Origin: Clostridia bacterium
Lineage (GTDB): Bacteria > Bacillota > Clostridia > Oscillospirales > CAG-272
NCBI GenBank assembly: GCA_017613355.1
Contig: JAGAEA010000032.1
Coordinates: 26,752-90,751, forward strand
Direction: 5' to 3'
DNA length: 64,000 nt
Below the pieces are notes generated by a model. It was given only the letters and a program-made list of their open reading frames with translations. It had not been told where the DNA came from and ran no database searches. Shown here one piece after another: positions 9,175 through 18,811 of this stretch. Every line of letters starts with the position of its first letter. The stretch's first letter is position 1. Made by a program: the position numbers and the translations under genes.

Positions 9175-11400
9175 TCATTCCGTAAATGCTTCCCATAAAA
9201 TGTGATCCTGCTGTTCGGAATAATTCGCGAGCACGTAGGTCCGCTCGATATTGCCCGGCAAGTCCGGGAGAGTCTCCTCGCCCGGATGCGCCAGATCGAT
9301 AACGGTATATCCGCCGTCGGCGATAAAGTATTTCTGCACGTGCAGGGAATTCAACAAATAGGTAAGAGAGGCGCTTGTACTGATACGAGTCGCGGCGCCT
9401 TCTTTTGAGGTGTTGAAAAACACATAGGCAGGATCAACAAATGCATAGAAACTGTTATATACGAGCCCATTGTTGTGTCCGTGGTGGGGAAGTTGCAGGA
9501 AATCACAATGCATGGCATTGCCATAAAGGTTATTCAACACTTTTATCGCGTCCGCCTCAATATCGCCCGTCAGGAAGAATGTGTTCTCGCAGAAATTGAC
9601 GCGGCATACGAGCGACTGACTGTTTCCCTCGTTGTTGACCGTCGGCCAAAGCATTTCGGCTGTAAAGAAGAATTCCATTTCCAAGTTGCCGAACACCATT
9701 TTTTGACCCGCGAGCGGAACGATATATTTCGCGCCACGGTAATTTCCAATGCAGTTTTCGATTTCTGCGATTGTGCCTTTGTTTTCCTCCCGAAAACCCG
9801 TATCAAATTGTGCGATGAAATATTCCAAAGTGACATTCGTCGCGTACTTTGAGGTGAAGTTCAGAAAGTTATAGTAGTGGTCTCCATGCGGGTGGGTAAT
9901 GAGCCATGCCCGGATGAGGATCTTGCCGTCTTCGCGCTTGTTGTTATCTGCAAGGTATTGATACAGTTTTTCCGTGTCCTCATGCAGTCCGCCGTCAATC
10001 AGAATATAACTGCCGTCGGAAAGAGTGAAGATAAACCCTGTTCCATGCGCGGCTCCGACACTTTGACTTTCATAGTCCATATCCATCAGAGTGACCGATG
10101 GGGTTGCAACCGCTGTGCCGATGTCTTCCGCAACCGGGTATTTAACGGAAGCGTCTGCCGGCGAAACAAGGACCCGGGTTTCATGGTTTTTGGGCAAATA
10201 ATAAGCGTGGACCATGATCTGTTCGCTGCGGAATGTTACATAGGTGTTGTCGCCGAGGCTGTTTGCCGCGTACTGCCGAAATCCGTCGGCTCCGAGTTTG
10301 GCGAGGTAGGCGTCATATTCCGCTTTTGTGGTGCCGGTCAGATCAATACGGAAATGGTTTGTTGCGAATTCCCGGATGGATTCCAAAGTCCCGCCCTCGT
10401 AGGCAGGAATGCCGCGGGTCCATTCGGCAGAAAATCCTCTTTCGGCATCAAACGTAAGAATGCGGATCGCTTTGCTTCCGTTCATATAGCATCCCGCCTC
10501 GATTTTATCGAGCAGGCGGCTACAAACCAGTTCCACGCTGTTTTCATCCATACCGTACAGATAGATCTGGTTTCCCATTTGTTCCATATACCATTCAAAA
10601 TAGGAAGTTTCTCCGCGTAATTCACGACAGCGTGCATATTCGGTATCACCGATAATAATGGATTTAACAGAGAGATCATACTGTTGTCCGGCGCGGATCC
10701 AGTCGGTTGTCAGAACAGGTTCTGTGCTGGAACGCTTGCTGATTGCCGTGTGAATTCTGATTGCGGAAGCAGCCATTTTTGCGGATGCTTTTTGTCCACG
10801 GATGATCTGATATTGCGGGTCACCGTAGGCATTGACGATTTCCAAATAAGAAAACGCCTCGCTCTGATATTCCAAATTCTCTTTGATCAGGAATTTGCCG
10901 TTCCCGCCGGAGCGCAAAACATAGGTTTCCATCAGATAGTTGATCGCTTTACCCATCAATTCGGGCGTGGGCGCGGCGATGACCAGTTTATTTCCAACTT
11001 TTTGGATCCGATAGGAGAAGGCATCCCCCAGTTCTTCATAGACTGTGTTTGATTCCGGGCGATTGGTGTTTCCGATCAATATTTCTTTGGCATTTTCATC
11101 TGGCGTTTTGCCCTTAGCAAGGAAATCATCGCTGAGCGTGACCTTGCCACCCGCTGCGCGATCCAGTTCCTCTTTGAAATTTGCTCCGAGGCTGACCAGC
11201 GCAGCCGGCGCACGATCCGATCGGATCAGCGTGTATTCGGAAAGGTTGATCTCCTCCGTGGGACCGTTGAGATAATCGGTTTCGGTCGTATCATCAACTT
11301 CATTGGTCGGTTTTTTATTCTTGCATGCCGCAAAAACGAGGATCGACGCGAGAAGCAGGATGAGGATCGGCAAACCTTTTTTGATCAGTTTTTTCCCCAT
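9175..11400 (-). CDS. Lipoprotein with a glycosidase-N-domain-like module and a C-terminal MBL-fold domain
   Basis: It has a lipoprotein-like signal (LLLASILVFAAC) and the motifs THPHGDHY and LPHHGHNNG. It is colinear with the C-terminal two thirds of the 1115-aa protein. Confidence 0.8.
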   Translation of the reverse strand: MGKKLIKKGLPILILLLASILVFAACKNKKPTNEVDDTTETDYLNGPTEEINLSEYTLIRSDRAPAALVSLGANFKEELDRAAGGKVTLSDDFLAKGKTPDENAKEILIGNTNRPESNTVYEELGDAFSYRIQKVGNKLVIAAPTPELMGKAINYLMETYVLRSGGNGKFLIKENLEYQSEAFSYLEIVNAYGDPQYQIIRGQKASAKMAASAIRIHTAISKRSSTEPVLTTDWIRAGQQYDLSVKSIIIGDTEYARCRELRGETSYFEWYMEQMGNQIYLYGMDENSVELVCSRLLDKIEAGCYMNGSKAIRILTFDAERGFSAEWTRGIPAYEGGTLESIREFATNHFRIDLTGTTKAEYDAYLAKLGADGFRQYAANSLGDNTYVTFRSEQIMVHAYYLPKNHETRVLVSPADASVKYPVAEDIGTAVATPSVTLMDMDYESQSVGAAHGTGFIFTLSDGSYILIDGGLHEDTEKLYQYLADNNKREDGKILIRAWLITHPHGDHYYNFLNFTSKYATNVTLEYFIAQFDTGFREENKGTIAEIENCIGNYRGAKYIVPLAGQKMVFGNLEMEFFFTAEMLWPTVNNEGNSQSLVCRVNFCENTFFLTGDIEADAIKVLNNLYGNAMHCDFLQLPHHGHNNGLVYNSFYAFVDPAYVFFNTSKEGAATRISTSASLTYLLNSLHVQKYFIADGGYTVIDLAHPGEETLPDLPGNIERTYVLANYSEQQDHILWEAFTE

Positions 11401-11497
11401 GATTCGGTTTCTCCTTTACCTCCGATTGATATGAAAGAGGTGCCGCTCTGCATCCGAACAAACAGAAGAAAGACAGCACCTCCGTAACAGGTTGAAA

Positions 11498-12988
11498 TTA
11501 TTGATAGGCCGCTAATATTTCATTCAGGAAATCCCCTACCTTTCCGGAAACCTTATCGTTTTCCGAGGCAAGGTTTGTGTTATTTTGCATCACCATATTA
11601 CCGAGGATATAAGGATACATATCGAGCATAGTGCCAAACTGCATGGTCGGGTCAATCACCACATTGGACATAAGAATATCCACCATTCGAGCCGTATCGG
11701 GATCTTTGGAATACCGTCCTTTGAGTGCGACCTCATAATACTGGTAATACAAAGACTCAGAAGATTCGGCGCAGAGCGCGTCCGCGATATGCGCCGTAAA
11801 ATTGAGATCCGATTCCGGCAAAGTGATCGGAATTCCGAAAGCGGCGTACTGGTCATTCATGTAAGTAAAATACTCATGCTGATCGCTGTCATACATGGGC
11901 TGGGGCAGAATGCCAAAACTGGTGTCCATAAACCGGAAATGACTGTAGCACTCCTTCAGCGGCACCGTTACCATCGCAGCTTCTTCGTTGAAAAATTTAT
12001 CGCGATCGTGATCCATCTCCATATTTCCGGAATAAACGCTTTGGTTATTAAAATAGAAATCGTTGAGTTTTTCCAGAATGTTGATGTTCTTTTCGTTATA
12101 TAGATTCGGCGTTAGGGTATGATCCTCATTGATGGTTATAAGTTTGACGCCGAATGCCGTTTGCCAGAAGAAATAGGCGTTTCCGTCGTTGGAGTAATAG
12201 CCATAGGTGTCTCCGGCGGACTTCGTTTCGCTCATATCGGAATCAATATAAATGTCTTTCACGGTGGCTTTGAGCGCCTCGAAAGTCCATTCATAGTTAT
12301 CCACCATATCGTAAAAATCGTTGGTATTCACTCCGTAATTGGAGAGCATCTGTTCATTATAGAATATCGCTTGCGTGTATTGCAGTTTGCTGGTGCCGAG
12401 GTCACCCGTTGCGGCGAACAATTTCCCGTTGAAGGAAACGCTTTCGTTCAAAGAAACCGCCCATCTTTTGGCGGAAAGATCGATCCAGGCAGAGTCTAAT
12501 GTGTTCCAATCGCGGTAGCAACCGCCAAGAATTGCCCGGTAGACATTGCTGGAAATCGCGCAGTAAAGATTGACGTTGTTAACTCCCTGCATCACATCAT
12601 CCAGAACCGTCTTGTAATAACCACCCGCTTCGGTATAGTAATTTATATAATTGATTTGAACATCGTACCGTTCTTCCACGGTTTTCAGCCAATTATAGCG
12701 GGCGTCATCCAACAGGTCGCCCGTGTAGTGCTCCACACTGAAATCTGCCATGTAGTTGTTCATCACCTTGACCGTGAATTCCTTCCCGCCGTATTTGGCG
12801 GAAGGCAAAGTATCCAAAATGTTAAAGTTATAAACTCTATCATCCGTTGGAGGGAGAGCTGAAGCATCCTTCGTGGTATCGGAAGAAGAATCGGTTCCCG
12901 TAGGCGTTTCCGGCTTCTTCTTGCCGCACCCTGCGGCAAGCGGCAGAATCATTACGAGAACAAGAAGAAAGAGCAATATTTTTTTCAT
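11498..12988 (-). CDS. ABC transporter extracellular solute-binding lipoprotein (large family-1 type), with no permease genes nearby
   Basis: A GGAGAA RBS precedes the ATG at 12988. The lipobox is PLAAGC within MKKILLFLLVLVMILPLAAGCGKKK. The track ORF to 13114 has an implausible N-terminal extension. Confidence 0.7.
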   Translation of the reverse strand: MKKILLFLLVLVMILPLAAGCGKKKPETPTGTDSSSDTTKDASALPPTDDRVYNFNILDTLPSAKYGGKEFTVKVMNNYMADFSVEHYTGDLLDDARYNWLKTVEERYDVQINYINYYTEAGGYYKTVLDDVMQGVNNVNLYCAISSNVYRAILGGCYRDWNTLDSAWIDLSAKRWAVSLNESVSFNGKLFAATGDLGTSKLQYTQAIFYNEQMLSNYGVNTNDFYDMVDNYEWTFEALKATVKDIYIDSDMSETKSAGDTYGYYSNDGNAYFFWQTAFGVKLITINEDHTLTPNLYNEKNINILEKLNDFYFNNQSVYSGNMEMDHDRDKFFNEEAAMVTVPLKECYSHFRFMDTSFGILPQPMYDSDQHEYFTYMNDQYAAFGIPITLPESDLNFTAHIADALCAESSESLYYQYYEVALKGRYSKDPDTARMVDILMSNVVIDPTMQFGTMLDMYPYILGNMVMQNNTNLASENDKVSGKVGDFLNEILAAYQ

Positions 12989-13235
12989 TTGTTTATTCTC
13001 CTTTTTGTTGCGTTGCCCGGGTGCCGGAGCGCCCGGGCAACAGAGTTCGCGCCTGGGATCACCTGAAAATTTCAAAATCGATCTGATCTCTGTCTCTATT
13101 ATAGTCACCGGCAACCGGGGGGGCGGATGTGGTGATCACATCCAGATATTCGTCAAGCCGAATGAGATCGGCGCTTGGGGATTCATATTTTTTCATATTT
13201 CAAAATCTCCTTTCTCTTGATAACAGCCTGCCGAA

Positions 13236-15620
13236 TCAGCCGCCAACGACGACCGTCTGCGCGACGCTCTCGATCACGTCGCTGTCACCGACGCGGTAGT
13301 AAGGCGTGACCGTGAAGGTGATTTCACCGACATTTTCGGGAATGTTATCGATGTGAAGCGCGTAAACGTAATTGCCACCGAGCGACTCCGCCGTGACGGG
13401 CACTCCCGCCGCGAGGATCGAGGTGTAAACATAGGAGCAATACTGCGTAACCGTCTTATCGACAGGCGCGGCGTCCTTCGTGTACTGCGCGCGGATGATG
13501 AAGCCGACCGAGGCAACATTATCCAGATAGTTGATCGAGGCGACGAACCGGACCGAATACTTGCCGTCGGTGACAGCGGAGGTCTGATAGCCGACATAGG
13601 TCGGGCGCACCGTTTTATAAACCGCCGTGACCACCACCTCGGAAGCCGTCATGTCTTCCGCGGCAATGCTCGTTACCGTGCTTGCGTTGAAGGTGTAGTT
13701 TTCAAACCGGTAGTCCGGGACAGCCGAAGCGGCGGGAATATCGAACGCAACGCCCCAGACGCCGTTGTAGTAGGTCTTCGCGCCGTTCACGCCTTCCACC
13801 GTTACGCAAATGTTGCGGCGGCAATCGGCGGGAACTTCGCCCAGACTGTGCGTGGTGTTGCGGGTCCCGCGGTTCGCGCCCGTATCATATTTCAGTTGTC
13901 CGCAGACCTGGCTTCCGCCCTCGGCGTTCCAGTAGCTGAATTCGATCGATTTGGTGTACGCCTTCGTGTTCATGGGAAGACGTTCGGATTTGCTGCTGAT
14001 CCCCCAGCAGGACGCACCGGCGCTCGACCCGTTGATCATAACCGCGCTGATAAGGTTGCCGAGCTGACCGTTCGTACCCTTCGTCATTTCCGCGACCGGC
14101 GTGTAGTTCGCCGCGTTATCCGAACCGGTGTTGGTCACCTTCGTGACGCCGCACAGCGTCCAGCCTCCGCCTTCCTGGATTTTGAAGTTGTTGTCGCTGG
14201 ACGCGAAGAAGGTCTTGATCTCCGAACCCGCGGTCTGTCCCCAGTGATAGACCTCTAATTCTTTTACCATCTTCATCGAAACGCCAGCGGTAGCGCTGCT
14301 ACCGATATTGTTCCACGGGATGACGATCATCGCGCTTTCACCCGGCTGCAGAACGCCTTCCGCGTAGGCGGGGTTCGTGTAGGTCCGGTTGTAGCCACCG
14401 AAGGTGTGTTCTCCCGGATAGAGGTAGGCGATGTCGCGCTTGGCGGAGGTCGCCGTGAACGCCTCTTTGTACAGACCGTTGGTCGCCGACGATACCGGAG
14501 AATGATCTTCAAACAATGCGTAATCAAACACATTGATGTTGTAATCGGAGGTATTCGTCACTTCAGCCCACTGGATATAATAATTCTGTTGGCTACCGTA
14601 ACTGTCCGCAGCTTCCTTGGCGTAAGTAGCAAGTTCGCTGATAACGAGTTCGGGAACGTAGCCGTAGATGCGGACATCGTCGATCAAGACATCTACGCCC
14701 GGCTTAACATGGAAGCCGATCACATCGGAGATCGCTGCTGCCGCCGCAGAGGTGATCCATGTGTTGGGTTGACTGGCGTCGCGTTTCATTTGGGTGAGGA
14801 GAACGCCGTTGAACCAGACATTGATGCCCGAAATATCGGGATCGACGACGATTTTCACGGAATTCTCTCTGCCCATGATACTCCCACCGTCATACTCCGT
14901 TCCACTGGTGGCGGTATCGTAGTATTCGTAGTGTTGCGAACCCCGATCAACGGTTTCGTAGATCGGTCCTGTGCCGGTATGGTTGTCGCGCCCTTCAAGA
15001 GCAGAAACCTCATCCTTACTGTAAAAATAAGTACTGCCTACCCAACTGCCGCCCAATTTCATGAACGCACCGATGTCGAAAGTGCCGGTCGGGCGAAGGG
15101 GCGCTCCCTGCCAGAGGTTGTCGGTATCTCCCACCGAGCAGAAGGCGGCATAATGCTGCCAGCACTGACCGTCTGCCTTGATGGTCTTGGTCACGCTGTC
15201 GGACGCGCGCGTCACCACAACATCCGCGCTTCCGGCAGGTCTTGCCTGATAGGTGAACTTGTACTCGATGACGGTAGCGCCTTTGGAAATGCGCTCGTCG
15301 CTCGCAACCGTGTAGGTCTGCTCATTTGCAAATTTTGTAGCCGTGCTCTTGTCGCCGGTGTCTGTTGCCTGCGCGACGATGCGGAGTTTGCCGTCCTGGA
15401 TCAGCATCGTCTGATACTGGTTCGGCGCGCTCCAACCGATCGCCGCGGCAAGGTCGGAGTCAACGAGGGTCGCGTAAGCGGGATCGTTGAAGTTTTCCTC
15501 GTAGTAGACCGCGCCGCTAGGGGTGGGATCGGGTTCCGTTGCCGAAACCGTGGGGACGATTGCAACGAGCATCCCCATGCACATCGCGATCGTCAGAAGA
15601 ACGGATACTGCTTTTTTCAT
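13236..15620 (-). CDS. Secreted 794-aa modular protein with three regions
   Basis: Its signal peptide and first ~130 aa are nearly identical to those of 5773..9120. The regions are a ConA/LamG-like N-domain, a unique central region and a C-terminal YxGYQ beta-sandwich domain. The C-terminal block YVGYQTSAVTDGKYSVRFVASIN...FTVTPYY matches the internal block of the 1115-aa protein. Confidence 0.8.
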   Translation of the reverse strand: MKKAVSVLLTIAMCMGMLVAIVPTVSATEPDPTPSGAVYYEENFNDPAYATLVDSDLAAAIGWSAPNQYQTMLIQDGKLRIVAQATDTGDKSTATKFANEQTYTVASDERISKGATVIEYKFTYQARPAGSADVVVTRASDSVTKTIKADGQCWQHYAAFCSVGDTDNLWQGAPLRPTGTFDIGAFMKLGGSWVGSTYFYSKDEVSALEGRDNHTGTGPIYETVDRGSQHYEYYDTATSGTEYDGGSIMGRENSVKIVVDPDISGINVWFNGVLLTQMKRDASQPNTWITSAAAAAISDVIGFHVKPGVDVLIDDVRIYGYVPELVISELATYAKEAADSYGSQQNYYIQWAEVTNTSDYNINVFDYALFEDHSPVSSATNGLYKEAFTATSAKRDIAYLYPGEHTFGGYNRTYTNPAYAEGVLQPGESAMIVIPWNNIGSSATAGVSMKMVKELEVYHWGQTAGSEIKTFFASSDNNFKIQEGGGWTLCGVTKVTNTGSDNAANYTPVAEMTKGTNGQLGNLISAVMINGSSAGASCWGISSKSERLPMNTKAYTKSIEFSYWNAEGGSQVCGQLKYDTGANRGTRNTTHSLGEVPADCRRNICVTVEGVNGAKTYYNGVWGVAFDIPAASAVPDYRFENYTFNASTVTSIAAEDMTASEVVVTAVYKTVRPTYVGYQTSAVTDGKYSVRFVASINYLDNVASVGFIIRAQYTKDAAPVDKTVTQYCSYVYTSILAAGVPVTAESLGGNYVYALHIDNIPENVGEITFTVTPYYRVGDSDVIESVAQTVVVGG

Positions 15621-15879
15621 CTTGTTTTCCCTTTGCCATGCCTTTTCTGCATGGCTCCTTTCTTTTTTTATTTTATTAATTTTTTAGGGAAATAGGGACA
15701 AAATATTGAATTTGTTTGCTTTCTCTATCTCACACGCAAACAATTTCGGGGAATACAAACACGGACGGGCGTTGTGCGAAAGGATGTTTCACGATAGCTT
15801 TTTCAATGACGGCATTCTATCGGTTCAACTGCCCATATAGATATAGATTTTTTCTTTTTATAGCATTGCTGTTCGATTT

Positions 15880-16638
15880 TTAATCTGGATCAACGTAGAT
15901 TGCCGGTGTGTTTGTGGCGGGTTCCGTGATCTCCGGGTAGCCCCCCGGAACGGAGAAACCCGGCTCAGCCGGCATGGCCCAATGCACCGCGTTGGTAATG
16001 ATCTTCCTTACATAGGGATTATAGAAGGAACGGCAGGTTTCATGCCCGGGTTGGAAATAGAACACCTTTCCCATACCCCGGTACCAACAGCACCCGGCTC
16101 TGAAAATATATCCATCCTCATACCACGCGCCAAAAACCAGTTCATCCGGCTGAGGGATATAGAACGGCTCGCAGTAAAGTTCCTCGCAATCAAGCGCAAA
16201 ATGATCGGGCACCCCTTTTGCGATCGGATGCGACGGCATGATATTCCAGATGATCTCTCTTTGGTTTCTACCCCAGGAGAGATCTCCCTTCGTTCCCAAA
16301 AGCGCCCCAAAAAGTTTGGAACAATGCATGGAATGAAGCGCGATAAATCCCATCCCACCCCGATTCACGCGTTTTACGATCTTGCGGATCAATTCGTCCG
16401 GAACTTCGCCGTGCGCCATGTGTCCCCACCAAACAAGGACATCGGTGCTATTGAGTACGTCGTCCGGCAAGCCGCATTCCGGTTCGTCAAGCGTAGCCGT
16501 CCTAACGCAAAGCGCTTCATCAGCATCCAGAAAACTTTTAATTACCTCGTGTATTCCGTTTGGATACGCCTCTTTGGCTTCTTGCTCCCGTCTTTCGTGC
16601 CTGAATTCATTCCAGACCGTAACATTTATGGTTTTCAT
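15880..16638 (-). CDS. ThuA-like (trehalose utilisation) domain protein
   Basis: 252 aa with characteristic ThuA-family sequence (VTVWNEFRHE...VLVWWGH...FYFQPGHE). Confidence 0.8.
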   Translation of the reverse strand: MKTINVTVWNEFRHERREQEAKEAYPNGIHEVIKSFLDADEALCVRTATLDEPECGLPDDVLNSTDVLVWWGHMAHGEVPDELIRKIVKRVNRGGMGFIALHSMHCSKLFGALLGTKGDLSWGRNQREIIWNIMPSHPIAKGVPDHFALDCEELYCEPFYIPQPDELVFGAWYEDGYIFRAGCCWYRGMGKVFYFQPGHETCRSFYNPYVRKIITNAVHWAMPAEPGFSVPGGYPEITEPATNTPAIYVDPD

Positions 16639-16647
16639 GTTCCACTC

Positions 16648-17724
16648 TCAAAGTAAAATTTCTTTTCCTGTTCTTGCGGATTCATACAGGGCTTCAAGGA
16701 TCTTGATCATATTGATACCTTGCTCCGGTTTGAAGACAGGTTCCGCGTCGCCTCTGAGGGCAGCGGCAAAATTCTTCAAATTGCCCAGATGACCTTGAAT
16801 TTGACTATTGAAGTTCGGAATCAGATCAACGGTTTTCCCATACTGCTCGGTAAAAATCTTCAGTGTGTTATCCGTATCGCTGCCCGTGGAATGAAAACTT
16901 GCGCCCGCTTTTGTGCCTCTTAATTCAAAGAATTTATTTTCCTCCTCGATATTGGACGCCCAGGAGAACTCGATTTGCATACAGGCACCGTTATCAAAGC
17001 GGATATATCCCATTGCAAGGTCTTCAACGTCAAAAGTTCCATCCGCTTTTTTATCGCCGAAGGAAGAATTCACAGAATCGGAAACGTCATTGTTTGCAAA
17101 TTCGCAATAAGTATTTCCGCTGACGGCCACGGGAACGGGATTGCCCATCAGCCACATGGTAAGATCGATCATGTGGACGCCGAGATCGATCAACGGTCCG
17201 CCGCCGGATTGCGCCTTCGTTGTAAACCAGCCGCCTTTTCCGGGGATCCCTCTGCGGCGTTGCCAACCGCAACGGGCGGCGTAGATCTTTCCGAAGTTTC
17301 CGTCATCAATATATTTTTTTAAATATTGAGATTGGACCAGGAAACGGTTGTTTCTGATCACCATGAGCAATTTCCCATTCCGATCGGCAGCATCCTTCAT
17401 CTTTTCCGCTTCTTTAACGTTGATCGCGTCCGGTTTTTCGCAAAGCACGTTGATCCCTTTATTGAGCGCATCCACAGCAATGATCGAATGGAGATAGTTC
17501 GGCGTGCAGATATCTACCGCGTCAAGTCCGGGAATTTCAAGCACATCCTTATAGTCGGAATAAGCGGCGGAAATACCAAAAAATTTTGCCATTGCTTCCA
17601 CTCTTCTCGGTATGATGTCGCAAACGGCAACCACCTCAAATTCATCCGCGAGTTTCAAATACTGATTCGCGTGGTGTTTTGCAATTCCTCCGCAACCGAT
17701 AATCGCTGTTTTGATTTTTTTCAT
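16648..17724 (-). CDS. Gfo/Idh/MocA family NAD(P)-dependent oxidoreductase
   Basis: It has the Rossmann motif IGCGGIAKHH. A GGAGGAAACC RBS precedes the ATG at 17724. Confidence 0.85.
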   Translation of the reverse strand: MKKIKTAIIGCGGIAKHHANQYLKLADEFEVVAVCDIIPRRVEAMAKFFGISAAYSDYKDVLEIPGLDAVDICTPNYLHSIIAVDALNKGINVLCEKPDAINVKEAEKMKDAADRNGKLLMVIRNNRFLVQSQYLKKYIDDGNFGKIYAARCGWQRRRGIPGKGGWFTTKAQSGGGPLIDLGVHMIDLTMWLMGNPVPVAVSGNTYCEFANNDVSDSVNSSFGDKKADGTFDVEDLAMGYIRFDNGACMQIEFSWASNIEEENKFFELRGTKAGASFHSTGSDTDNTLKIFTEQYGKTVDLIPNFNSQIQGHLGNLKNFAAALRGDAEPVFKPEQGINMIKILEALYESARTGKEILL

Positions 17725-17859
17725 GGTTTCCTCCAAATGTTTTCATTTCTTGAATTTTTCTCAACACCTTTTGGGAAAAGCCGTCGATTTTTTCTATCGA
17801 TTGCAATGTGAAGAGAACGATTCAAGGGCAAAATCACCTTTTCGCACGATGCCAAGCAT

Positions 17860-17888
17860 ATTATATCATTTTTCGTCTATGCAAACAA
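17860..17888 (-). promoter_or_regulatory. Putative promoter of the Gfo/Idh/MocA-ThuA operon
   Basis: On the minus strand: TTGTTT, a 17-nt spacer ending in TGa, then TATAAT (17865-17860). Confidence 0.45.
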
Positions 17889-17952
17889 TGTGATACTTTT
17901 TCGAATGACTGCAAAAAAATGTGTTTTTTTGCCGCACACTTTTATAAGCTGT

Positions 17953-18789
17953 TCATTTATGCTTTTTTTTGGAAGAAGCATATTCTTTTGGCGACATCCC
18001 CGTGTATTTTCTGAAAAACGGAAAGAAATAGGTCGGATCAGCAAACCCGAGAATTTGTGATATTTCATTGGTAGAAAACTTTCCGGTCCGAAGCATTGTT
18101 TTTGCCTCATTGATCTTCGTGAGATTCAAAAACTGATGGAATGTGAGTCCGGTACAATTCTTGAAATCGCGATACAGGGTCGTAGTGGACACATAATACT
18201 CTCGCGCATAATCCTCACTCCGTTTCTTTGAATCAAAGTGTTCGATAATGTCTTTCATGACCGTATAAATATAGGATTGATCGGTGTTAGCATTTTCGTG
18301 AAATTGGTTTTTTAATTGAAGCTCCATGATTGTTTCCAAAATAAGAATCAATGTATGCTGTTGTGCAGGTGAATCATAGGGGTATCTATGGAATACCTCT
18401 ATCAAGTCCCGAAACTCCGTCAAATGTTTGCTGATATCAAACACCGCCGCACTTGTTTTTCCAATCAATGCTTCGAGGTCGGTTACCGGCGAAACTCGCT
18501 TCATCCAGGATTCAGAAAAATAAACAATGGTTACCGGAATTGGCGGACCTTCAAACAAATAGGAATTGTGAAGTGTAAATGGCTTTTCTAAAATGATACA
18601 GGGATAGTCAATCAAATAACCTTTGTTCTGGCAAATAAATTTTTGATTTCTTTGTTCCAAGCAACATAAGAACTCATAATGCGGATGCAAGTGAAAAATA
18701 TCCGATCTACTGTCCGGCACAAGGCACGCGGGAAAGAAAGAATCCTGATTACGAAAATTTTCTGTGTATGGCAAATAAGTGTATTTCAT
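17953..18789 (-). CDS. AraC family transcriptional regulator
   Basis: The C-terminal HTH_18-type region is present (YVSTTTLYRDFK...FADPTYFFPFFRKYTGMSPKEY). A GGGGGAAAAACG RBS precedes the ATG at 18789. Confidence 0.85.
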   Translation of the reverse strand: MKYTYLPYTENFRNQDSFFPACLVPDSRSDIFHLHPHYEFLCCLEQRNQKFICQNKGYLIDYPCIILEKPFTLHNSYLFEGPPIPVTIVYFSESWMKRVSPVTDLEALIGKTSAAVFDISKHLTEFRDLIEVFHRYPYDSPAQQHTLILILETIMELQLKNQFHENANTDQSYIYTVMKDIIEHFDSKKRSEDYAREYYVSTTTLYRDFKNCTGLTFHQFLNLTKINEAKTMLRTGKFSTNEISQILGFADPTYFFPFFRKYTGMSPKEYASSKKKHK

Positions 18790-18811
18790 CGTTTTTCCCC
18801 CCAATCAAGGA

